Below are positions 53,140 through 64,000 of a stretch of DNA of 64,000 nucleotides, piece by piece. Every line of letters starts with the position of its first letter. The stretch's first letter is position 1. The notes beneath the pieces are model-generated. The model searched no databases and was not told where the DNA came from. It saw nothing but the letters and a program-made list of their open reading frames with translations. The DNA is taken from positions 69,440,001 through 69,504,000 of the forward strand of contig NC_042997.1 in NCBI RefSeq assembly GCF_006345805.1. The letters run 5' to 3'. Both the position numbers and the translations under genes were made by a program. This DNA is from Octopus sinensis (Eukaryota).

Positions 53140-54195
53140 TGTGTGTGTGTGTGTGTGTATGCATACATATACATATACATATACACATATATATATATTT
53201 ATGTATGTATTTCTATGTATGTATATGTGTACGTGTATATAGTGGTGGGGGTATAGGTATGTGTTTATTTTTCTGTTTGTTCGTTCATGCTCCCGGTTGT
53301 ACCTCTGTATACGTGTGTGTACTGCTATATGCGTGTGTTAGCTGCTGAACAAAGTCTTGGCGGAAGTCATGTGTTTGCAATTAAGATCGAATAACACAAT
53401 TACTTCTTCCTTCCTTCCACCGTTGAAATAAAGAAAATGACGATTCCACAGTGTGACGTTTATTTGAAGGATATATCACCATTGAGAGTGTCTTCTAGTT
53501 TTCATTTGTTGTTGTTTTTTTCTCTATTTATTTACTTACTTTAAATCATATTTGATCAATTTGTTTATTTACTTACTTCAAATCATATTTGATCAATTTT
53601 GAATAAAATCTACGCGGAAACTGAAAGAGATACGATATATCTGTTTATGCATTTAGCCTATTTTCATGCATGGGAAGTAGACAATTTACGTTTGAACTAT
53701 CAGCTAGTGTGTTTTAAGTCAGAATTGATATAGGAAAACACATTATTTTATTTCTGAAAGGTGCACTAAACACGGTATGCATTTGCTTCAATCAAGTCAC
53801 TTGTAATCAATTTTATGGGAAAATTAGCTGCAATAGATTGGTATATATTCTAAGAGTTATGAACCGACTGAAGGTAGCGTCAAATATTAGCCCTATAAAG
53901 GTTTTTGCTTTCCGTGATCTGTTAGGAGAATTCTAAATACATAATATTTTTTCACTCAAATATTATTTTCCTTACTACTCCATTTTGGATTTTGTAACAC
54001 TCAAGCCAAGAATATAAGCTACATGTTGTTGCTTCTAATAAAGCAGTTGTCACGAATTCGATAACTCGAAAATGAACGATTTGATATTTAGGTATTATTC
54101 AGCTTTAGTACAGTCAGTATTGATATGTTTTCTGGGTAAATTAAGTGAATTCGTATAGACCATAAATTTTGCGCTTATCTAATATAGAACAGCAA

Positions 54196-56144
54196 CAGTA
54201 GCACAGCTGACCAAAAAAGTTAGCTTCGCTAACCGCTTATCCGCTAATCCGCTAACTTAAAAAGTCAGCTTCGCAAACGCTAAACCGCTAAACAGGTAAA
54301 AATATTAGCGGATGCTAACTTTAAATGATAACTGCTAACTTTTATCATATGAATTTAGTTTCGGTTTAGTTTTTTGTCTCTAAAACCCATAAAAACAGAC
54401 CTAGAGAGTTGAAATTTTCATGTACCTTAGACAAAGAGATTTTCAAAGAGGTATAGCATGCCAAGATCAGATGATGATCAAGGTGTACACAAATAATTAA
54501 ATGAACAAATGAAATTAAACATTACTTTTCATTTAACATACACTTTATTTACTGTACTTTTTGATTAAATTAATCAAAATGGTATAGTATAGGTATCATG
54601 CCAAGATCAGATGATTATCAAGGTGTACTACTCTGGCTGGGCCTTCTCCATCACTTCGACGTGTTACTGGTTGCCCTACATAAACATCAGCCTCTCAAAG
54701 TTACTATCTGACGGAGTGGATCTCTTGGAATTCAATCTATATTTTCCTATAGAGGATAGGCGCTCAACTGCAGCACTGGATGGGATGGCGGTGTTATACT
54801 TGGGGAACAGGCCGATCAAGATCTGCTTGCCCAAAAAGGCGACTTCATTCAGGATCTCCTTCGAGACGGCCTCCAGCCAGGTCTTTCCTAAGTTCAGTGC
54901 CTTGAATTTTAGTGACCTGTGGCTCATGCTCTCCCGGAACCTAGTGATGTTACTGAAGAAATCATCTTCCCCCTCCTCATTACTGGTAGTGCTGCTGCCC
55001 TCTTTGGTCTCCATTAGGGCTGTCTCTATGACGGCCTCCGTGGCGTTCGTTATTCTGCTAACCTGGCTGTTATTATACTGTTCCAACCAAAAGAAGAGAA
55101 ACTTGGGGTGGAAGGCAGCGGCCTGCTGCCTTTCCAGATCTAGAAGGAGCTCAAAACTTTTCGTGATGCCTGCCAGTATCGCGTCTATTAGAAGACTGCA
55201 GGAAAGGAGATGTTTGATCTTGGCCTCCTTCAACTTCATGACGGTAGCCGCTACAGATGGCAGAAGGCTCTCGAGATAATCCTGGTCCTCCCCGTGGATA
55301 TTATTCAAAGCCTTGGCAACATTAGACATCACCTTGGCATACTCTGTCAGGAAGCCGATATCAGAATCAGTGAAGGTCTGCAGCTTCAGCTGTGTCATCA
55401 CCCTGTGTCATCACTCCAGCAGGTTGTTGATAACAACAACAGATTCATAGGTAGAGTTCAATCTGGTACTGCTGGGGAGAACCAACTTCCTCTTCAACGC
55501 GTTCAGAATGCTGTCTGCCGCCACCGTGCAACGGCTCTTCAGATTCTGGAGCTGCTGTGCCTTGAACATAGCCTTCCTCTAGGCCGACTTGAACAAAGCA
55601 TTGTCAAGAGCCTTGTCGGCATCCACGCTGGCTACCAAGTTGAAAGTATGGGCTGCGCACTTCATGTGCACGGGCAGGTTTAGGCCCAGGCCGCTGGACT
55701 CATCAAGGATGTACTCAACTTCGTCCACATCCTCAGCCTCGAGACCCACGTTCAGTTCCTCATCCACGTTCGGATCAGTAGCTACCTCAGGAGTGTCTAG
55801 CAACGTCAGTACCAAACTACATGAATGCCTTAACAAAGGTTTTACCGTTATTCGCCGTGGTTCTGGTCACTTAGCCTTGCAGATGAAACTTGTAATGGAT
55901 GTCCACTATAGCCTGGGTGTGATGTCTTCTGAGCTGAGAGCAAGCCAGGACGGCGTGTTGTCTCGTGTAGGGCTTTGAGTCCAGCCAGTGTGCCGTCATC
56001 CCCAGATAGGACCTGTGGTGGGCCGACCGATAGTCCGCGGTGGTCGCCACTCAGCAGACATCCTTGAGCAATCTGTAATTAAAAAATGTTAAATTAAAAA
56101 GAGACATAAGTTGTAACATTAAAATTATATATATATATATACCT

Positions 56145-56175
<31 letters not shown>

Positions 56176-58177
56176 AATATACATATATAAACAAAATGGC
56201 TAGCAGCAAATATAAACTAACAAGGAAATAATTCACCGTCACCAAGAGTGACAAGGGTGCATTGAGCACCAGCATTACAAGAAAATAGGAGTCGTAGACG
56301 CCTTAGCCACAAAAGCACATGGTCTCTTTGTATTGACAGGGGAGAAAACCCTCCCCACTCTGAGCGAGATGTATTAGGTTAGCATGCTAATTTCGTGTAG
56401 GAAATTAATACTCATCAGTAATGCTCACTCCGTCACAGCTGGTAGAGGCCAACTCACCGTCAGTATTATGGATAATACCATTGGAATCAGTGACTGAGTT
56501 AACAATATGGCAATGTGAAGATTATAAAATAATTAAGTTGGCTAGCAGCAATTAAAACCAACAAGGAAATAATTCACTATCACTGACACAGGAAATAATT
56601 CACTATAAACTGACACAGAGTATGATCAAAGCCTTCTAAAAAAAATGCCTCTCATCCACATCTCAACCCAAGCTGCAATGCTTTTATTTTGTGAGAACGT
56701 AGTTTGTATTATTTTCGCGGGTAGGAAGGAGGAAGGTAATTTGATCGCAGTATCTTATAACCATATTTTGCTTATAGAAATCAGGCAGATTGTAGTTTAA
56801 CATTTGTTACTAGGCTGTTCTAAATTCATGGAAATTTTGCCTATGACTTAAAGCTTTGTTATTAAACATTTGAAAATAGTGACACTACCTTAATAGGTGA
56901 CGCGTTGAGGGTGATGAATAACCGAGATGAGGGATGGAATGATGGTCGGAATTTGATAAGTTCAGAACTTAAGGTTTCTTTATTCGTTATTTGATTAAAG
57001 ATTGTTGTTTTGGTTGTGCAGGATTAATCATGAGTGAAATATATATATCGTATATTATATATTATGACATTTATTTCAATTAGCTATTATGCATTTTATT
57101 ACATTAATTAAGAAAATAACTATTTAATAAATAATTAAATAATTAAATTAAATGAAGAAAATATGAAGTCCGCCATAATAATAATTTAATAAACTTCTAT
57201 AATTTCAATTTATAAATACCTTGTTGTTTATGGCTGGCCAAGATCATCCTGCTCAGAGTGCGGCGGGACATCAACTACATGCAGCGGTAGCATGCTGTCG
57301 ACAAACAGGTTTACAAACCTTCTGTCCACCATAGACTGACGGACGTCAGTGCCAGCAGTTTGGGCATACGCCTCGCCAATGCTGGGCTGGCGTGCTTTCT
57401 TTGCACATAGCTGCGACAATTGGCTACTGGCACTACTACCAGAAGATTGTCTGTGTTTCCCACGGGAAGAGCTGGCCTTGGTCTTCTCCTCGACCTGGAT
57501 GGCATGCACTAGGTGTTTCCTCATGACATGCGTCTTCAAGATGTAGAGGCTCGCCGCTTGTCCTTTGATTGTGGTTCCTTGGGCTGGCACATGACGCACC
57601 GGATATACATGAATTTTGCGCTCCCCTTATCCCTTGATGTAAGGACAAATCCATGTGAGGCCACGGATTCTGAGACTCCTGGCTCTCAACCTGAGCGACC
57701 TCTGCCTCACCCACAGCCATTTCAAATTCATCAACAGGCCCTTCATCCTCAGGCCAAACGAAAACGTCTTCACTTTCCAAAACAATAAGCCATTACTTGA
57801 TAAGCCGATAACGTACACTACTGTCACTGACACTATAAGACTATCTGTAATGTGACAACGTCGTGAGTGAGCACAACTCAAAGCTGTAGAATTACACAAT
57901 GCTGCTCAGCTAGCTACTGCTGCGTTGACCAATCACGTCTTGTCACGTGTACACGTAGTCAGCCAATAGCGTGCCTGACAGTCTCTTCGAGACACGTCCA
58001 CAACAGACAGGAACAAACGTATGAATTTTCTTAGCGCACTTAACAGAAGCTAGATTTCAGGGAAGCTAATTGATTCGCTAACGATTTTCAAAATTAGCGA
58101 AAACACTAATCAGCTAAACGAAAAGTTAGCTTCGCTAAGTAGCTGTTAGTAGATTAGCGGAACTGTACATACCACTG
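54196..58177 (-). mobile_element. hAT DNA transposon, defective, about 4 kb
   Basis: Ends cagtag..cacag / ctgtacataccactg; subterminal (cc)gctaa repeats and aaaagttagcttcgctaa at both ends; transposase remnants inside. Confidence 0.88.
54676..57780 (-). pseudogene. hAT transposase pseudogene (two exons: 57780-57220 and 56072-54676)
   Basis: BED-finger-like region NPWPH..LKTHVMRKH; VATTADY..SYLGMTAHW; CAAH; RLNS; PSSAAVERLSS..KRSTPSDSNFERL (dimerization domain); several stops and frameshifts. Confidence 0.85.
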
Positions 58178-58897
58178 TAAAACAGCAAATGACTTAATTC
58201 CTCCTAAAAATATATTTATCTACTATAGTATTTTTCAAATTATGATATCTGAAGGCATCAAACACGATTTCCTATGGCGTATTACATAAGTAACCTCAAT
58301 GCATATTCTATCAGTTTCTAAACTTATATAAACATCGCTTTCTATTTGCCTAAATGTAGCTCCCTTATAATTTGCAGGAGAGACAACTTAGAAACCGACG
58401 TTCGTATTTTGCCCGAGGGTATTAAAGGAGTAAGAATTTTGATTTTCCAGGTCAAAACCCTGTAATTCATATCTATCAGGTCGGAATTTTTTGTAGCCTT
58501 GCTAAATGTGGAAGCGCAGTATCCCTTATCTTTTCTTCTGCTTCAGGGTGTGAAGAGGAGGGGAAACAACTTAGGAATTTCTTCATTTTGAGGAATCAAA
58601 CAATATCAAGTTTATCTACAGGCCTGAGAATGATCCGAATACTCTAACCACCAATGTCACTTCTGTGATGAATGTATTAATGTATCTTTGCGTGTAAGAA
58701 CTCTTACATATCCTTATACGAAGAATACTTTTCCAAAGCGCACCGTAGTGATGCTTAAAATCAAACGCCAAGTTTACATGTATATATTTACGTATATACG
58801 TCTGACTGTCTGTCGGTATGTATGTACGTATGTATGTATGTATGTATGTATGTATGTATGTATGTATGTATGTATGTATGTATGTATGTATGTACGT

Positions 58898-59267
58898 ATT
58901 GCTGTGTGGTTAAGAAGCTCACTTTGCAACCACGTGGTTTCATGTTCCGTCTTATCGCACGACACTTTGGGGAAGTGTATTCTGCTATAGTCCCGGTCCG
59001 ACCATTGTCTTGAGAGTGAATTTGGTGGTTGGAAACTGTAAGGAAGATCGTTGTATATAAATATGTATGAGTGTGTCCCTGTCTCATACGTTGAATTTGC
59101 ATCTCACCACCGCTTGAGAATTGTTGTTGACTTGTTTACGTCCCGTAATATAGCGGTTCAGTAAAAGAGACCAATAGAATAAGCATCATACTTAAAAATA
59201 AATAAGTACTGGGATCGATGTATTCGACTAAACCCCAGTATGGTCGCAATCCAATGACTGAGACCAG
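58898..59267 (+). mobile_element. SINE family 1, full length, degenerate
   Basis: gctgtgtggttaagaagc head through atgactgagacc tail. Confidence 0.75.
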
Positions 59268-59862
59268 CAAACGCAAAATATAAAAGACATATGTATACAC
59301 GTGTGTATGTATATACGCGCATATGTACACAGAGATCAGAGAAAAAAGGGAGGAATGAAAGAGAAAAATATGATAGCGACATATAAGAGAGATAGATGTA
59401 TAGTTAGAATGTTATATAGATAAGATGGAAACACTTTCTCACATAGACATGACTAATATTTGGACAATTCTGCAAACGGCAGGGTACATTTACGAGCTGA
59501 CATTGAAAAGAATCTTGGTAATAAGGTAAGAAGCAAAATAAATAAGGGGCTGAATTATTTCAGATAATGGAAATGAACAGAAGAAAAGAGCTCACTCCAT
59601 GTGAGTAAGCAAACGTTCCCAGCAGGACTTTCATATATCCTTATACGAAGAATGCTTTTCCAAAGAGCACTGCGCTGATGCTTCAAATCAAACGTCTTGG
59701 CTCACGACCAAGTTGTTTACAATTAACGCGACTGAATCTTAAGAAACTACCATACACAGAATCAAATACGATATAGACGTTGTTATTGTTTCACACACAC
59801 TCACACACACAAGCGCGCGCAACACTAGTATATATATACGCACATATATATCTATCTGTCTA

Positions 59863-59901
<39 letters not shown>

Positions 59902-59925
59902 ACACACACACATACTCACACACAC

Positions 59926-59960
<35 letters not shown>

Positions 59961-60595
59961 TGTATGTATGTATGTATGTATGTATGTATAACAATGATAT
60001 ACTTTGAACCACGTAGATTTTGATCCCACTGCATGGCATTTTGAGAAAGCAACAGACTGAAGCTATGATTGTCGATGATTTTCGTGTGTGTGTGTGTGTG
60101 TGTGTGTATGAGTGTGTGTGTGCGCGCGCGCGTGCGAGAGAGACAGACAAAGAAAAACAAAGAGACAGACAGAGAAAAAGAGAGTGAGAAATAGAGAGAG
60201 AGTGAGGGAGAGAGAGAGGGTAAGAGAGAGAGAGAGAGAGGGTGGGAGAGAGAGAGAGAGAGAGAGATTTCACCGATAAGCATTGAAAAATTCAGATGCT
60301 TATCGGTTACATATTGCCTGTAATTTTGAAAGATTTTATTTCCATACCATTATTGATATTCTCTCTTTTGTGAGATGAAATTCCATTTTCTTTTATAGTT
60401 AACTTCATTTGCTTATGTTCTGCCTAACAATTATTTCCTCTCAGAGAAGTGATAGCGGATTAGGTTGTTTTTCGACTCCTGCCATATTTATTTTTCATTC
60501 TTCCAAATCAGTGTCCTTTTGTCGAATCCCTAGTTTATGGTGACGTAAACAAACCAACATCAATGCGGGGTATGTGTGACAAACGCAGGCACAAG

Positions 60596-60639
<44 letters not shown>

Positions 60640-60891
60640 TACACACACACAAACAATAAATTTTTTAAATATTTTTAAAAGCTAAAACAATGCAAATAAT
60701 AAAAGCTAATGATATAGTTCGATCGGTAATATAGTTACTTGGTTATTCAAAATTTCAGGGTTAGCATCTCTTCAGGAAATTTACAGAGAAAATGTATTGA
60801 TAACCGAAGTCTCTGCTCTGTAGAGTGGGCAATTTTCCGGAACTTACTTTTAAAAAATATATAAATATTTAACACCCACCATATATATATA

Positions 60892-61352
60892 AGGCAAGGG
60901 AAACATCTCAAGTCATATACATTATTATTACTGGAAAAAAATTCAAAGTCTTACAGCTGTTTCTGGGCTATCCCAGAGTATGAGATACTCCGTCATCGGA
61001 GAAAAATAGCGAAAATGAGAAGCGCATAGATTAATAGAAGTAAGTCCGTAAGTCCCTAGGTGCAATCTTGTGTAAATCCATGATGTAAATCCAGGACCTA
61101 CGGACTTACTTCTACACGATCGGAAATTTGAACTGTGAACTTGTATGCTTCTTTTTTCTTCCCTTTCTTCATCTCGTTATTCCTTCTCTCCTGTCCTCTA
61201 TGTCATCAATTCATTAATCTATACCCTTCTCATTTTCGCTATCTGTCTCCAATGGCGGAATATACCACACTCTGGGATATCCCAGAAACAGCAGTAAGAT
61301 TTTGAACGTTTTTCAATAATATTGTATATGACTTGAGATGTTTGCCTTGCCT
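60892..61352. mobile_element. MITE with about 140-bp TIRs, TA-flanked
   Basis: TA|aggcaagggaaacatctcaagtcatatac ... gtatatgacttgagatgtttgccttgcct|TA. Confidence 0.8.
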
Positions 61353-61954
61353 TAATGTTTGCTGTTCTCTATATCTGCTATATCGGAAATCTACAATGGC
61401 TCCATAACTACCGTATCGGCTATAACTTTGGGGCCCTAGTAATCCGTTAAAGTACTTACCTAGCGTACCCAGACGTTTAGATCACCTGTGAACTAAACCC
61501 CCATATTTTGTGTATGTATGTATGTATGTATGTATGTATGTATGTATGTATGTATGATGTATGTATGTATGTATGTATGTACGTATGTATGCATCTTTAT
61601 ATGTGTGTGTATGTATGTACTATGTATATATATATATATATATAATTTTTATATACATATATAATTTTTATATACATATATATCAGATAATGCTTCGTGA
61701 AAACTATACTACTCATTTATAAATGTTCTGAAATCTTTCACGGTCTTGGATTTTTATCTCATTCTGCTATTTTATATATATATATATATACGCATGCTGA
61801 TATATGACCTACGTTGGACTCCTCACTCGTATAATCACTGAACCTGGAGCTTAACTATAGTCTGTCCATAGCACTTACTCAGCATTATTTGACACCTTTG
61901 GGTTCTTGACAGCATTACCTCTCATAACCTTAATATATATATAAAGTATGTATG

Positions 61955-62027
<73 letters not shown>

Positions 62028-62136
62028 AGAGAGACACGGAGACAGATAGACAAACAAACAGATAGATAGATAGATGCATGCATACATACATACATCCATA
62101 CATACATATAAATATATATGTATATATATATATATA

Positions 62137-62340
62137 TAAAGTTAATCCAAATATGAAAACACAACAACGCGAGGACGTGGAACAAATATAGTATTATTGG
62201 ACGCTCAGGAAGGAAGGGAAGAAGGAGGGTTTAACGTTTCGAGCGGAGCTCTTCGTCAGAAACATAGGAAAAGGAAAGATCCAGAGAAGGGAAGACGGAG
62301 GGAAAAAATCGCCAGCGGTACACACGCGGTCACATTTTGA

Positions 62341-62345
<5 letters not shown>
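62137..62345 (-). mobile_element. Solo PLE terminal repeat between microsatellites
   Basis: Contains the minimal hammerhead below. Confidence 0.65.
62229..62263 (-). ncRNA. Minimal type I hammerhead motif
   Basis: GUUU-CUGACGA-A-GAGC-UCC-GCUC-GAAA-CG-UU^AAAC. Confidence 0.7.
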
Positions 62346-62408
<63 letters not shown>

Positions 62409-62518
62409 ACATACATGCATACATACATACATACTTATATACATACATGCATACATACATGCATACATACATACCACATACATACATACATGCATACATA
62501 CATACATACATACATACA

Positions 62519-62550
<32 letters not shown>

Positions 62551-62804
62551 CACATACATACATACATATATGTGTGTGCGCGTGTGTGTGTGAACAACAA
62601 ATTCAAACTCCTGCGTGTACTGGTACTTTCCAGTTTCCTTTGCGCATGATAGACATGTATTATCATGTCAAAGAATCAAAGATTGAGAGCAACAGAAACT
62701 GGAAGCAGCCGCAATGTTAAGCGTTTCTTACATGGTCCACAACAATAATGAGCAGATTTGCAAAACCATTCAACTTCACAGTAGTCCACTGAAGTTCTCT
62801 GAGA

Positions 62805-63118
62805 CTCCCTTCGGTCATGACTGACCATGGGATTGCACCTAGGAAGTAACCCTCCGAAGCACAAGTCCGAGCAAGGTTGTTTATGGAAGACCAGCAGTCG
62901 CCCATGCATATCGACCTCCCCTCTCCATGCCACCAGTGTTATCCGATACAGCTTGGCACCTCTGACGTCGCAACTCATTTCTACAGCTGAGCGAACTGGA
63001 GCAACGTGAAATAAAGTGTCTTGCTCAAGAACGCAACACCCACCCCGTTCCGGGATTCGAACTCACAACCTCGCGATTGTAAGCTCGACGCTCTAACCAC
63101 TGAACCATGTGTCTTCAC
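62805..63118 (-). mobile_element. tRNA-derived SINE (family 3 head with a different, RTE-like tail)
   Basis: Minus head gtgaagacacatgg..gtgagttcgaatccc; core agcaagacactttatttcacgttgctccag; tail ggtcttccataaacaaccttgc..catgaccgaaggg. Confidence 0.75.
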
Positions 63119-63811
63119 TACTGAAGATCTCACAATGTGAACAAAAGAAAAATGAGATAGTTTAGTTAGATAACAAGATCCAATGGCCTTAGTAGAACCA
63201 TCTTCAGCGTACCATGGAGAAATAAAGGTAGATAAAGGCAGAGCTGGACAGAAACATGAAGGAGTGAAATGGCAAGTTGTCAAAGATGTCCGCAGCTGTG
63301 GATACACCAGTAAACAAATCGAAAAACAAAAACTTATATATAATTTGTCTCGATGGAGTCCTGCGACATCATCGGAAGAAGGGGAGCCAAAACGAGACAA
63401 GTTCTAGATATTCTAAATATTGAACAATGTAGTTCTATATGACCCAATGATGAAGAAGTTTACTTCATAACCACGTAGTACCAGGTTCGATTCCATTGCG
63501 TGTATCCTTGAAAAGATGCAATTTACAACAGTCTCAAATTGACCAACACTTAAGCGAAAGTTGTGTAGAAGCCTGTCAATTCACCAAAGTACAAAGGAGT
63601 ATGATGTAAATATTGGTGGTGTTCTTCCATGTTCTTCAATATCTCCAACATTCAATTCAAACATTATTCTCTACTGACTCTTATCAAGTTGCTGAAATAA
63701 CACTATCTCCTACTCTCTCTCTTTCTCTACTCTTTATCTCTGTCCCATCTCTTTCCCATTCTCGTTTCTTAGCACACACACGCGCACGTGCTTGCGCACG
63801 CACATGTTTAT

Positions 63812-63853
<42 letters not shown>

Positions 63854-64000
63854 TCCTTCGTTTTTAAACGATATCACGAATCACAACTGTCTTCAAACAA
63901 AACAACTTGGTTTATTTTTAAAACATGGTGGCCTCTATTTTCAAACATTTACAAGCATGTTCTTTTCATTTCTGCTTAGCATTTTGTTTTTCAGCTCAAA

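Noticed and set aside
54611-55978. Plus-strand ORFs of 222, 157 and 129 aa
   Set aside because: Antisense shadows of the GC-rich hAT transposase.

Overview
AT-rich, microsatellite-saturated eukaryotic DNA. The repeat content (tRNA-derived SINEs with internal microsatellites, mariner/Tc1, hAT, Helitron, R4/Dong, RTE, Tx1 and many Penelope-like element (PLE) termini) fits a coleoid cephalopod, probably Octopus. That is inferred from recalled repeat families, not from a search. No host protein-coding gene could be identified with confidence, and most ORF-track entries are translations of (TA)n, (TG)n, (TATG)n or trinucleotide repeats. The only long intact non-repetitive ORF (33955->32717, 412 aa) encodes a PLE RT-thumb/linker plus a GIY-YIG endonuclease with no RT catalytic core. 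It sits with a hammerhead-like motif between a perfect 51-bp inverted repeat. Four canonical-core and one near-canonical hammerhead ribozyme motifs were read by eye, all on the minus strand. Two of them are tandem, 437 nt apart (retrozyme-like layout). A 4-kb intron-containing hAT element is flanked by an apparent 11-bp rather than 8-bp duplication. Many closely spaced inverted repeat pairs are present. All alignments and folds were done by eye; TE boundaries are approximate unless exact motifs are quoted.
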